63,959 bases of DNA from Rhynchobatus australiae. Lineage: Eukaryota. Within the stretch, counting starts at the first letter, position 1; every line of letters begins with the position of its first letter. The DNA is taken from NCBI GenBank assembly GCA_034780895.1, contig JAUZTB010000062.1, positions 18,286,821 through 18,350,779 of the forward strand. Reading direction: 5' to 3'. A model generated the notes under the pieces. That model had not been told where the DNA came from. It worked only from the letters and a program-made list of their open reading frames with translations, and ran no database searches. A program made the position numbers and the translations under genes. This document shows positions 39,837 through 52,900 of this stretch, piece after piece.

Positions 39837-39962
39837 ATTTATAATGAGATGATCCGGGATTTACTTAATCCGTTGTCTGGCTTCTTAGATCTACGAGAGG
39901 ACTCAAAGGGAGGGATCCAAATTGCAGGGATCACTGAAGTGTCAACCATAAATGCCAAAGAG
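39837..39962 (+). CDS. kif19: kif19 exon 6 (126 bp)
   Basis: ttccttcacag|ATT; IYNEMIRDLLNPLSGFLDLREDSKGGIQIAGITEVSTINAKE; GAG|gtaaag. Not in the supplied ORF track. Confidence 0.96.
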
Positions 39963-39999
39963 GTAAAGTACAAATGTTTATTTTTGCTTTCTTGGTAGA

Positions 40000-42060
40000 G
40001 TCCCTGCATGACATCAGAGACAAAGAAGATGATGAAAGAAAAAGGGAAGGTGATTAACTCCTTTGAGGATCCGGCTGGATAGAGTAAACTGAGAGGGGAA
40101 GTGAAAAAGGCAAGCAAAGAGAAGAGTATGAGAAGGAAATGGCTGCTAACTAAAGGAAATCCAGAAGTCTTCTGTAGGCACCAAAATATTTAACATATAA
40201 TAAAAGAAGGGAATGCAACCCATTTAGAATAAAGAAAATAATCAGTGCAAATAAGCAGAAAGCATACCTGGAATATGAAGCTGGTACTTTGTTATTGATA
40301 TTTAACAAAGAAGGCGGTGCTACCAAGATGTCAGTACAGGCAGTCCCCAGGTTACAACAGAGTTCCGTTCCATTACCACCCAGAAGAAGAAGCCTGCAGC
40401 CCACAGCAGTTGATAAATCCATCCTGATCCATCCCACCGATCTCCCAAACGCTCACTCGTGTACGGGTTGTCCATAAGTCGTAACCCGGGGAGGATCTGC
40501 AGAAGGTAGGGTATAGAGATAATGTTTAGGAAGAAAACTGATAAAGAGGGAGGTGCTTTATCACCTGTACTTAATATAAATAGATTTCTAAGTCTGAATG
40601 AGAAACATCCTTGTTTGCTGAGGGAGATGGAGGTTGCAGTAGGATTTGTTGTAATTTTCAATTCTCTCAATATACAGATGAGGTGCCAGAAGATTGGAAA
40701 AAGGCAAATGTAACACCCTTGTTCAAAAAAAGGGTGCAAGGCAATCACAGGCCACTAAATTTAATCTCAGCTGCGGGAAAACTTTTTAGAAACAATAATA
40801 GAACATAGAAAGCATCCAGGAAANNNNNNNNNNNNNNNNNNNNNNNNNNNNNNNNNNNNNNNNNNNNNNNNNNNNNNNNNNNNNNNNNNNNNNNNNNNNN
40901 NNNNNNNNNNNNNNNNNNNNNNNCCAGGAAAACATTACAAAGCAGAGTAGAGTGAGTTGATAATTTTGTTTTGATGAAGTAACAAAGAAAGTTGATGAAG
41001 GGAATGCTATAAATATCATCTACATGGCTTTTCAGAAGGAGTTTGATAAAGTCCCTTACAAAAAAACACTGTGCATCCAAAACTGAGCTCCATTAAATTA
41101 AGGATCACTAGCAGCATGGATGGAAATTAGCTTAAAGAAACAAAGCAGAGATGTGATAAGCAATTTATCAGCCTGGAAGATGGAAGGAGTGGTGCCCCCC
41201 AGAGATCAATGCTGGGACCCCAGTTCTTTAGATACTGTATAGTAGAGACATAGACATGGGGATAAGATGTAAAAATTTCAAATTTGTGAATAACATGTGG
41301 CAAACACTGAAGAGGACAGAAGCAGATGGCAAGAAGAAATAAGCAAGCTGCCAGCTGGGCACAGAAGTGACAGATGAAATTAATAAAGAGAAGTGTGAAG
41401 TGATACGTTCTGTCAGTAAGTTTAAGGTGAGACAATATGGATTAAGTAGCACTGTTCTCAAAAGTTACGTAGGAACAAATGACCTGGATATATGTGCGAT
41501 AAATGGCAGAGCATGTTGAGAACATGTTTGGTATAGTTTGTGGGATCTTGAAAAGTTAGGATGAACTCATATAAAATATTGGGCAGGCCAGAACTAGAGT
41601 ATTACCTCCATTTCTGATTATTGTACTTTGTATGAAGATCCTAGAGAGAGAGAGCAGCAGCAAAGATTGACTGGAGGGAACTCAGCTGTAAAGTCGAAAT
41701 GGAGAAGCTGGGCTGTTGTTCTTATATCAAGGAAGAGATAGACAGAATAGATTTGACAGAGGTGTACAAGAGCATGACCAGTTTAGACAGAATCAATGGA
41801 GGGCAGTTGTTCCTATTAGTGGATGGTCAAGGCCAAGTGGACTCATTTAAAATTTTGGGCAAGGGGGATCTGAGAAAACAACTTTTTAGATTAGTTATAA
41901 CCTGGGCTTTGCTGTTTGTAACGATGGGAGAAACAAGCAATCAGTGCCTTCAGAAGAGCAGAAGGGAATTAGATACGCACATGAAAGAGGATAATTTACA
42001 TGATTTGGGGATAAAGGGATAAATGCAATGAACTGTAGGTCTCCTTCTGTACAATAATAA
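40000..42060 (+). mobile_element. Long decayed CR1 ORF2 remnant starting just after the exon 6 donor
   Basis: VPEDWKKANVTPLFKK..QGNHRPLNLIS (40680-40770), then IYMAFQKEFDKVP, GVPPEINAGTP, and DLTEVYKSMTSLDRI (about 41750). Confidence 0.88.
40337..40499. mobile_element. Tc1/mariner-pogo (Tigger-like) MITE nested in CR1
   Basis: TA|CAGGCAGTCCCCAGGTTACAAC ... GTCGTAACCCGGGGAGGATCTG|CA: imperfect 22-bp TIRs, TA target on the left. Confidence 0.75.
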
Positions 42061-42294
42061 TTCTGTGATTCTCTGATGTTTTGTGCTAGTGTAATCTAGC
42101 CTGGAAGTTACCAAGAAATGAATGAGAGGTTTAGCAACAGATGAGCTGAGGAAGTGTAGAGCAAAAGGGAATTGTTAAAGAGGTGGGCACAGATGGTCTA
42201 TGTGATGCCCACACCTAATCCTGCCATTCTTCAAGTCAAGTACAATACCAAAGTCACAGATAGTTTCAGACAGTTATCATGAGAGGTGGATGGA

Positions 42295-42600
42295 CTGGAG
42301 TCACAGACCTCTGAACTAGGTCATTTGACCCACCAAATCTGCACCAATCAAGCAAACATTTACAATAATCCCATTTTATTCTCCCCATATTCTCATCAAT
42401 TCTCTCCAGATTCTACCACTCACCTACATACTAGCATAATTTACAGTGGCTAATTAACATACAACTTACGCATCTTTTGGAGGTGGGTGGAAATACACAC
42501 AGTCACAGGGGGAACATGAAAACTCCACACAGACAAGACTGGAGGTCAGGTTACTGAAGATGTGAGATAGCAGCTCCACTAGCTGTGCCACTGTGTTCCC
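42295..42600 (-). mobile_element. V-SINE nested in an L2-like fragment (about 42070-42920)
   Basis: GGAACATGAAAACTCCACACAGACA...GTGAGATAGCAGCTCCACTAGCTGTGCCACTGTG. Confidence 0.82.
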
Positions 42601-43191
42601 TGATTAGGTAGCTAGAGAACAGAATTTGTGGCAAGGACCAAAAGCAGTGGCTACAGTCTATCCAGTATAGAGTTGAAATATGTTGGCTAATATCAAAATC
42701 TATTGTTTGTCATGAAGTGCAGTACTCTCAAGCCAATATCAGAACTTGTCACTGTTGACATACAAATATAATCTGTGACCCAGGCAACCATCAACTCTAG
42801 ATTTTCTCTCTGTGGCTTAGTTCACTTGTGCTCTAAGTATTATATATCCCACTTGACAGTCCTGCAGGATATTTCTGCTCTGTCAGTACTGGATATCAGG
42901 CAAGCAAGTTAATAACTTAGAAATAAAAAACAGAGAAAACTGGAAACACTCAGCAGGCAGCACATGTGGAATTTACATTTCGGGTTGAAGACCCTTCATA
43001 ATTAAAATAAGAGGTGTGAGGTAGAGTTAAATATCATCTGAGTGCATGTGGAAGCTAGAAGCATATCATTGACAGATGGATACATTTGATGAGGTTCAGA
43101 TATGATTGTTGTTGCAAGACCAGTAATGCAATAAAAATATAATGAAGACAATATTTAATCAAAGCAATAGAGATGATGCATTTCAATATTA

Positions 43192-43750
43192 AGGCAGCAC
43201 TGTGCAGCAGCAAGTAGTGCTGCTGCCTCATTGCTCCAGCAATCCAGGTGTGATCCTGACATTCTTCTTTTAAGTGCAAGGATATTCCCCTGGCACTCTA
43301 TTTTCCTCCCATGTCCCACAGACATGTTTGCTGGTAGATTAATTAGCTACCTTAGGTTACCCCTTGTCTAGGTGGGTGGTAGGAAAATCGAGGGAACGTT
43401 GACAGATGTGAGAGAGAATAGGTTCAGGGAAGTACAGTACAGGAGGGGTTGTGCTCTGAGAAAATCGTCCATGTCAGGATTTTCCATAAAGTGAACGCTT
43501 GACAAAATTTGTTGCTTTTTTTCAATTCTTATATTTATTTAGTTATTTTTTTCTCACATAAATTCTGTGAGGGTGAATTTTTATTCCATATATCAAATTT
43601 TTTGGTTGTGACTTGTGAATTCTGTTATGAATTTCCATAAACCACACTGCCATAATGCAGGGATACACTGTAACTGTGGGAATGGGATTGATGAAATTGC
43701 TGTGAGAGCCAACATTGACTCAATGGTCTGAATTGTTTCCTTCTGCATCA
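43192..43750 (+). mobile_element. V-SINE interrupted by a probable pogo-type MITE (43435-43670)
   Basis: Head GGCAGCACTGTGCAGCAGCAAGTAGTGCTGCTGCCTCA. The insert is bounded by TA|CAGT and CATAATGCAGGGATACACTG|TA; the SINE tail resumes with GGGAATGGGATTGATG. Confidence 0.6.
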
Positions 43751-44089
43751 GAATAAATTATGAATACCATAAACATGAAAAAGTAGATTAATAATCATTG
43801 ATTGTGCTGTGCAGCATAAACCAGTAGATTTTGAAATCATGAATACCAAATGCAAAGAGTTATGACAGCATCAGTGGTGTTCTATCTTAATGATTGACAG
43901 CAATCCAGGAAAATGATCACCTGTAGATGAGTGGACAGAGGAGCAGTTGAAATAGATTGGTGAACATTGGAAGCTCGTGTTTGTGGTGAAGTGCAGTACT
44001 CCAAAGCCAAATTCAGAAGCTGTTAATGTTGATGGACAAATATAATCTGTGAGCCAGACAAACATGAACTCCAGATTTTCTCTCACATA

Positions 44090-45950
44090 CAAGCAGCGAA
44101 TGCTGAAATTTACTCAGCAAATCAGACTGCATCTGTGGGAAGAGAAACAAAGTTAATGTTTCAGGTCAAAAATCCCTTATAAGAAGTGGAGACCAAAGAA
44201 GCTTGTAAAGCTAAAGGGAGGCTGGGGTAGGCAGGATGTCTTTGATAGGATGAAACTGTTGTGACCGTGGGGATAAGCTTTAAAGATAAGCTGTAAACAA
44301 GGTTATCTGGTCAATGGGTGAATGGGAGCAGATGGAAAGTGAGAACATAGACAAAAGAATGTAGACAAAAAATGTGGGAGTGGTGAAGTACAGAGCAGGA
44401 GGACATGCTCGGCAGGTCAGGCTGGGCCTGTGCTCTGCTCCCAGAGAAAAAAAGTGGAAATAAAAGAATAAAAAGAGGGAAAAAAACAAGCTGAACCAAT
44501 ATCACAGATGACTGATACAGGCAAAAAATCAGATTACCAGAAGTTGTAGAATTCAATATTGAGTCCAGAAGACTGCAGTGTGCCCAGATGGAAGATAAGG
44601 TGTTGTTCCTTGAGGCTGCATTTAGCCTCACTGTGACAGTACAGCAATATGGAGGTTGGCTGGAGGAAACAAAGTGTGGACCAGGGAGGCACAGAGGGAA
44701 TGGTCCCTATGAAATGCTGAAAGGGGAGCAGAGGGGAAGGTGTGCCTGGTGTTGGATCCTCCTTGAAGGTAGTGGAAACTGCAGGAAGTTATTTGTTGAA
44801 TGTGGAGGCTGGTGGAGTGGAATGTGTGACCAGGGGATCTCCATCCTTGTTCTGTCCTGGAGCAGAGGGGTTAGGAGCAGTGGCACGGGAAAAGGATGAG
44901 ATTTCAAAGGCTTTGTTAACAGTGGTGGATTGGGAAGAAAGAAGACATTTCAGAAGGTCAAAAGCATTGGAACAAATAAGACAGACAGAGGAACTGGGCG
45001 AATGGAGTAGAGTACTTACAGGAGGCAGGGTGGGATGAAGAGTAGTCAAGATAGCTGTGAGAGGCAGGAGACNNNNNNNNNNNNNNNNNNNNNNNNNNNN
45101 NNNNNNNNNNNNNNNNNNNNNNNNNNNNNNNNNNNNNNNNNNNNNNNNNNNNNNNNNNNNNNNNNNNNNNNNNNNNNNNNNNNNNNNNNNNNNNNNNNNN
45201 NNNNNNNNNNNNNNNNNNNNNNNNNNNNNNNNNNNNNNNNNNNNNNNNNNNNNNNNNNNNNNNNNNNNNNNNNNNNNNNNNNNNNNNNNNNNNNNNNNNN
45301 NNNNNNNNNNNNNNNNNNNNNNNNNNNNNNNNNNNNNNNNNNNNNNNNNNNNNNNNNNNNNNNNNNNNNNNNNNNNNNNNNNNNNNNNNNNNNNNNNNNN
45401 NNNNNNNNNNNNNNNNNNNNNNNNNNNNNNNNNNNNNNNNNNNNNNNNNNNNNNNNNNNNNNNNNNNNNNNNNNNNNNNNNNNNNNNNNNNNNNNNNACC
45501 TGCACTCTGAAGCAGGTTAGGTGTAATCTGGCAAAGTGGTACATATTTCTTCACATAGTTCTGCTTGCGGAACACAGAGAAAAGAATTGGGTAATTCTGG
45601 AATCGGGGTCAGCAGAGGAGTGCAGTCAAGGGAGAGAGAAAGCTGACCATGGAGTTCAAGGCTCGCTCAGAGGTCATGGATCGGAGTGCAGCCAGAGTTG
45701 GCAATGGCTCAGAGCCAGAGCCAGAGGCAAGAGTGATTGGGGAATTGCAAGTCTGGCCAAATTTCAAAGGATAGTCACAGAGTCAGGGGGTACAAACAGT
45801 AGGTAAAGGGAATGTATGATGAGGGTGAGTAAGGCAGGAAGGTCAGGGGGTAGATTAGGAACCATTCCCGTGGAATTCCCAGCCCTGGGCTGAGACCTGC
45901 TTATGGAAGACAAGTGCACAGGAGTTAATTTCCTCAGCAAAGCTTCAACG
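44090..45950 (-). mobile_element. Degenerate Penelope-like retroelement (RT C-terminus, GIY-YIG end, pLTR)
   Basis: SHSYLDYSSSHPASCKYSTPFAQFL (about 44985-45065); QNKDGDPLV; EAKCSLKEQHLIFHLGTLQSSGLNIEFYNFW* (stop at 44534-44536); pLTR-type sequence at 44090-44185. Confidence 0.88.
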
Positions 45951-46599
45951 TAATGTTTCACATGTTTTTACATCATTCCATATGCATGCATTGTATGTGA
46001 CTGGAAGAGCCTGGTTGAATTTCCAAAGTGGTGTGATTTAGCCCAGAAATTGTTCAGTTGTGCTAGACTCAGAAATAACTCATGTTCAAACATGTCATGC
46101 TGAAATTAACACAGCTACCACGTCAATTTCTGCACCTCTGTGCCTGACCTTTTCATGATCATGTTCCGTTAATTAGAATAATCTGACAGCATTGGATATT
46201 TTTATACTCTCCTTGCCTATAACATGCAGCTACTTTACTTGAATAAATCATCTGCTCACTTTCAAATATTTTAAATAAAATGATGAATAAGACTTTTCCC
46301 CCAGTGCTTTAATGTGGGAAACAATCAAAAAGCTTATGCTCCATTTTCCAGAAGATGTAGATTAAAATTACTTCAGTTAGATCATTATTTCCACTTGAGC
46401 ACCTGTTGTCATGCAGACACTTGTAATAATAGTGCTTTACTGTAAAGACAAGTACTTACTATCATTTTGTTTATTGAAGTTATTAAAGGGCACGATATGG
46501 TAGGAACAAAACAGTGAAATAGCTGATGCTCTTAATGGAACTCATTCCTTAAGTATAACTAATGCGTTGTTTAGAATGACTTTGATGCCTTTATCTTAC

Positions 46600-46912
46600 A
46601 ACGACACACAACTTGGCCCAGCCAGCAACTGAGGCAATAATCCATTCCATGTTGTCTTACATCCTTATACTCCCCAGGCTTTCATCTCTCCCATCAAATT
46701 CTGTTTGATTCTTTTTGCTGTTAATTTACGCCAAGGGCTAATTTACGGTAGCAAGGTAACCCACTAGCATTTTTTTGGATGAGGGAGGAAACTAGAGCAC
46801 ACGGAGGAAACCTATGTGGTGACAAAGAGACAGATCCAAGATCAGTATCAAACTTAGGTCCCTGGCGCTATAAGGAGCAATGCTAACTGCAGCTTCACCT
46901 TGCTACCTTGGC
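46600..46912 (-). mobile_element. V-SINE
   Basis: GGGAGGAAACTAGAGCACACGGAGGAAACCTATG...GGTCCCTGGCGCTATAAGGAGCAATGCTAACTGC. Confidence 0.78.
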
Positions 46913-47084
46913 TGTGTAATTAATTACCTTACAATGTAGAATAGTGCGAATGCTGACAGTCTAACAAATGAACAGAAGTTGATGGACATGCTCAGCAGGT
47001 CAGGCAAAAGTATGGCGAGAAACAGAATTAATGGACAAGAAAGTCTGAACATTGGTCCTTCTGAATTAGTAACGGAAAGCAAGG

Positions 47085-47910
47085 AGATGACAGATGAATG
47101 ACACAGGTATTTTGCATCATTTTCTTTATGGCATGTAAAAGTATCATCCCAGGGATAACTCTAAATTGGGAATTGAAAGTGAGGGAGGAACTCAGAAAAC
47201 AGATCACCAGGGCAATAGTACTGAGCAAATTGTTGGAGTTGTGGCTGAGAAGTCCTGATGGATTTCAGCCTACGGTTTTAAAAGTGGCAAAGCTGATAGT
47301 TGATGTGTTGGTTTCAATTTTCAAAATTTCACTGGAATATTTGGAAAAATATAAACTGTAACTACTTTATTCAAAAGGGGAGGGAGATAGAAACTATAGG
47401 CCTATTGGCTAAACATNNNNNNNNNNNNNNNNNNNNNNNNNNNNNNNNNNNNNNNNNNNNNNNNNNNNNNNNNNNNNNNNNNNNNNNNNNNNNNNNNNNN
47501 NNNNNNNNNNNNNNNNGAAACTATAGGCCTATTGGCTAAACATATGTTGGGAAAATGTTAGAATCTCTTCTACTTTATAACAAAATAATCAGACAAAATC
47601 AACATGGTTTTCTGAAATTTATTGGAGTTCTTTGAAGGTAAGATGTTGATAAAGCAGATCCAGTGGAAATACTACATTTAGATTTCCAAAAATCATTTAA
47701 TAAACTGCTGCATCAAAGGTTATTTTGGAAAATAAAAGTTCGTCGTGTTGGAGGTGGCATGTTGATGTGGAGAGAAGATCAGCTGGCTAACAAGAACTAG
47801 AGGTTAGGCAGAAATGGGTCTTTTTCTGATTGGTAAGATGCAATAAGTTGTGTATCACAGGGATTGGTGTTAGGGCCTAAGTTTTTTACTTTTTGTATAA
47901 CTGAAATGAA
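47085..47910 (+). mobile_element. CR1 ORF2 fragment
   Basis: SPDGFQPTVLK, NYRPIG, QNQHGF, LDFQKSFNKL and VSQGLVLGP motifs. Confidence 0.85.
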
Positions 47911-48729
47911 TGAAGCTCATTGATCTGAAACATTAACTTAGTTTCTCTCCAAGATACTGCTTGACCTGTTGAGTGTTTCCATACCTGAATCTCTAAATCT
48001 CTCTCCTCCCCCTTTGTGCATATGCTCTCATCAGTTTGAAGGTAGCCAATTCACTGAATTCAAAGTGAATAACTTCACACACCTCATTTTGTACTTCATA
48101 TGTTATGTAAATAATCTCACTCTCTCTTTTCAATTTTCTGATGTACAATAGTTACTGTGCCAACTAACTTGCATTATCAGCAAACCGGGATCCATATCAC
48201 TTCATCACTTTATCTCATTGATAAATTTCTACTGGGGCTTCAGTTTTTTAATAATATTTTTGTGCTCTACCACTAATCAAATCCTGAAAAAGGAAGTACA
48301 ATTGCAATACGTTTTACCTCCTTAGCTATTTCTGGTGTAAAAACCAAAGACAAAATGTTGTTTCCAATCTGCTTCCATATTTCCTAATGATTCTTTAAGA
48401 ATTAATGAAAAAAAATCAATGGTGAATGAAATCAGTTATATAAAGTTGAGACCAAAACCTTTGGTCAGAAGTGGTTTCAAGAAGGCTGTTATGGTGAAGC
48501 AGATGGAATAGTGAAAGGATGAACTTAATTGTCACTTCCTGCAGTTGATCCAGCATGTCAAAGGCAGATGGTATTTGTGTAAGGATTAAATTCACTTTTA
48601 TTTTCATAATTTCTCTATTGACTGATTTAAGATTTGATGTTTCATTCTTTTAATTCATAAGGTGTTACACCTAAAAGTGCTCTTAAAAGATGAAGTTCAC
48701 AGTGACAGTATTCCAGCCTCTGTGTTATA

Positions 48730-49140
48730 AAATGGTTCAGAGGCACTGGAGAAGCTTCCAAAAAGAAGTATTGCAAGGATGATACCAGAAATGAAAAGTT
48801 GTTACAAGCTGAAAAATGCNNNNNNNNNNGAATAGTTTAGGGATCATCTCTGAGTATAAAGGAAGAATGAGGGAAGTAATGAATTAACAGGTCTTTTGCA
48901 TCATTTTTTCTATAGAGTATAATAAATGTCATCCCAGAAATAGTTCTAAATCATTGAATTAATTTCAGATCCTGGAAGAGTTTGATAAAGATAGACATCA
49001 AGAAGTAGTTTCCACTTCTCTGGGAGATCAAATCACGGGACTGTAAATATAAAATGGTAACTGGTAAATCAAATGGGGAATTCAGGAAGAATGTGTTAGC
49101 TCAGTGTGTGTGGCTAGTTTGTGGAACTCACAACCACAAG
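48730..49140 (+). mobile_element. CR1 3' fragment ending about 45 bp before the exon 7 acceptor
   Basis: GCACTGGAGAAG...GGATGATACCAGAAATG; GAGTTTGATAAAGATAGAC; GGGAATTCAGGAAGAATG...TTGTGGAACTCA. Confidence 0.7.
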
Positions 49141-49184
49141 AAATAAATCCTACATAATGCATACTCAGCTTTTCTTTCTGACAG

Positions 49185-49379
49185 ATAATGCAACTATTGA
49201 TGAAAGGGAACAAGCAGAGAACACAGGAACCCACAGCAGCCAACAAAACCTCCTCTCGATCTCATGCTGTCCTCCAGGTGACTGTTAGACAGAAGAGTCG
49301 CATCAAGAACATTTTGCAGGAGGTACGAATTGGACGCCTGTTCATGATTGATCTTGCGGGTTCTGAGAGAGCTTCACAG
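49185..49379 (+). CDS. kif19: kif19 exon 7 (195 bp; switch I and switch II)
   Basis: tttctgacag|ATA; IMQLLMKGNKQRTQEPTAANKTSSRSHAVLQVTVRQKSRIKNILQEVRIGRLFMIDLAGSERASQ; CAG|gtatgt. Confidence 0.97.
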
Positions 49380-49621
49380 GTATGTCACCATTATATTCCT
49401 AAGAATGTATATTTCTTACAAGCTTGTTGTTGAAGCGCTATAAATATACATGAGGGTTATTGGAATGAATCAGCAATTAATGTACATTGAAATGTTCTTA
49501 TGGGAGACATATTTGAAGAAATCTTCATAAACCCACACTTCATAAAGACAATATTGACACACATCCACCTAGACATGAAGAATGATAGTAAATAGAGGTG
49601 TTATTGGGCATAATGTCCGAA

Positions 49622-49985
49622 AGAGTCATAAAAAGATACAGTACAGAGACAGACCCTTCAGCCCACTGAGTCCACATCAACTATCAACCCCCTATTATGC
49701 TGATTTATGTTAATCCTAATTTTTTCAACGAACATTTCTCCACATTCTCGTCAACTCTCCCTAGACTCTACCACTCACCTACACTCTAGGGACAATTTAC
49801 AGTGGCCCAATAACCTACCAACCAACATATCTTTGGGATACGGAAGGAAACAGTAGCACAGTGAGGAAACCAGTCACAGCAAGAACATGCAAACTCCACA
49901 CAGACAGTACCCAAGGTCAGGATTAAACCTGGGTCTNNNNNNNNNNCTGTGAGGCAGCAGCTCTACCTAGCTGCACCACTCTGCT
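49622..49985 (-). mobile_element. V-SINE, near full length
   Basis: AGAACATGCAAACTCCACACAGACAG...AGGATTAAACCTGGGTC...TGTGAGGCAGCAGCTCTACCTAGCTGCACCACT; tail matches the CR1 3' end. Confidence 0.87.
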
Positions 49986-52900
49986 GCTCTAACTTTTGTC
50001 TTTATCTTGGTACAAGATGGTATCAAACATTTTAATTGTTTCTTGAAATTAATGTCCATGGAATCTGAAATCATTGGAGAACAAGGCTTAAACAAAACGG
50101 AGTTCAGTCAAGGTTATATAAGCAATGCTAAAATGTTTGAAATAACTTGCATGTACTGACATATTGCACTTTAGTTTGTCGTTATATTGATCAAGGATTT
50201 TAAAGATGGATCATGTGGTGGGCAAATAAGTTTCCAAGTTTGATAATTAAAAATGCATTTCTATTTGCGAAATGCAATCCATTAATCTGTTAGACTGAAC
50301 TAATCTAAATAATTCCAGTGATAAACTGAGAACTCAGGAACAAGTAGACAAAGGAATTTTGTAAAGAAAATATTTTTGACTCGTTTTAGTTTGGCAGTGG
50401 AGTCTTTAACTTTAGCAATGATGGATATGAGGGCAGAAATCCCTTTGGCAAATTGGCTCCAATTTGTGGAGTCCATCCCCTCTGATCCAGTCTTTCATTT
50501 CGAGTACAAGTTCATTAACATCTTTGGAAAGGCTGCATTAATGGGCAAGGGCTCAAGTGTCCAGTTCCTAAAGAACCATTTGGGTTTTATCAGCTAAGTA
50601 TCCAGGAGCATGTGGAATCAATCCACCTGGAGGGGCTGGAACAGAACCTATACCTGCTGGATGTAATCAGCCTTGAAGGCACTAGCTGTAAATTCGTCCT
50701 TGCAACAGCATAGGTTCGTATATCACTGGATGTCATCTCCTTCATAGTAGTGAGTCAGTGGGTGTGTTTAGGACAGGGTATTTTCACAGAACTTGAGCAT
50801 CAATTGTGGTGAAAAATCTGAATCATTCAATTGGATTTGTTTTAACATTTTAGGGAGAGTAATTCATCTAAGCATGAAGAAACTATCATAGAGAAAACAT
50901 GGATGAATAATAAAATGGATAATACCAGCAGGGGGTGGGGTGGGGGTTGTGGGNNNNNNNNNNNNNNNNNNNNNNNNNNNNNNNNNNNNNNNTGTTTTGC
51001 TTTTTTTTGTCCAAATTAAACTGCTTTTTTTTTGTCTAGGGATTACTGCTTTTAGGTTTGTTGTAAATAGTAAAATCTTGTTAAACATCTATTCTAGAAT
51101 GTGAATTGCCATTGAGTTAATTTCTTGCAGAACACTGGTCACACATTATAACTGGTTTTTGCAGATTCTGTCAGATTTCCTGATCCTGACTGTAATCCAT
51201 CTGTTGGTGATAGATGCTTATATGGTGCTTATATAGTGAGGCAAGTTAGAATGTCCCTAATGACTCAATATTCTCCCAAACTCACTTAAAACCCAGATGT
51301 TATTAACAAGGCATAAGAGGATCCTAAGAGTTTACGAAATTGCACTGAAGTTAAAATAAAATACACATTTATGTTAAGCCTTTTGGCATCCCTTTCATGA
51401 TGTCCCAAAACACATTATAGCCAATGAAATATTTCTGATTTTTTTCTCATTTTTGAAATGCAGGAAACATGGCACAGTGAACTCCTGTAGAGAACAGAGT
51501 GAGAATGACCAAATAATGTTGGTTGAGGGATATCATTGACCAGGACACCAGGGATAACTCTTATTTTCTTTTCCAAGATAGTGTCTGCATAGAGGCACAG
51601 AAAATAGGAGCAAGAGAAGGGTATTCTGCCCTTGNNNNNNNNNNNNNNNNNNNNNNNNNNNNNNNTCATCACCCACTTTGTACCTTGTTCCTTATATACC
51701 CCGTATCCCTTGATTTCTTTAGATTTAAGACATATATTTACCTCCTTTTTGAATATATTTAATGACATGGCCACTGCCCTTTGTGACAGAGATTTCCACA
51801 TGAGAGAGCACTGAAGAAAAAAATGCACAAAATGGTTTGAAAAGGCAATGTCCAGTAGTAATCACTGACCATTTTCAATCAAATTATTAATCTGAACCTG
51901 GTACCTTCTGACTCAGAGCTAAGAGTGCTACCACAGCTGAAATATTTGAAAGGGATAGAAATAAAGATTTGAGGAAAAATGGTGTACCTTTTTGACAAAT
52001 AACCATTTCTACTCATGACTGAAATTAGACTCCATGATAATTTTCAATCAAATTTGTTTTCCTGCAATCCATTCTGCAAAGACTTGTCAAAAAGTTAGCG
52101 GGCAACCATGGCCATCAATGCTGTAAATAATGGCTTTTACACTTGCAATTAGCTAATGAAGTCATGGAGTTGTACAGAACAAAAACAGGTCCTTCAGCCC
52201 ACTACAAATATGTCACCCATCGTACTTGTGCATACTAGTTCCATTTAATGTTGGCAAAAGAAGATGTTGTTGTTTTCACACATGAGTTGGACTTGGTATT
52301 TCCTGATTAGCACACTGTTGATATTATTTGTTGGTTTGTTCAGTTGGTGGGTAAACCATTCACAGTGATGTAATATCTAGGAGCTTTTATTTCATAATTG
52401 CTATAATTTTTGAAAAGTCTTCTTGCACCAGACTACAGTGCGAGCATTTGTATTATTTTCCACTGGGATTTTGTACAATGTCGATTTAATTTCTAAATGA
52501 GGATCTAATGTCCCCTTTAGTTAATTCTACTCCCAAAGCCAGGAATTATAACTGTATCACTGTTTAAGCACAATGACTGCCTACTATGGCAGGAGGATAT
52601 CCCTTTTTGTATTAAAAGTTTGAATGTTTAGACTGTAGCATTGATTTAAGCAGTTTTTAAATATAATGCTGGAACTAGGTGTTGGAACTAAGGTCTGTAA
52701 CTGCGCTTTTAACTTGAGTCAATGTTACTGCATAACAGAAAGAAATTAAGTAGCAGGGCTGCTTTCTTTGGTTCAAATGCACCATCTAGTGGGTATAAAA
52801 TGGAATATGGGTTTATTTTATAAAAAGAAAAATTTGCTGGATACACTTGGTCAGTTCTCTGAAAAGGGAAACCAGGGTTAGTACTCCTGGTCATCAGAAG

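Noticed and set aside
5979-45806. Long ORFs of 150-260 aa in the track (for example 14720-15551, 19169-19831, 30921-31532, 45035-45806)
   Set aside because: They consist mostly of X from N gaps.
47093-48960. Similar 80-bp segments at about 47095 and 48880 as a novel repeat
   Set aside because: Both lie in CR1 ORF2-derived sequence; they are ordinary related fragments.
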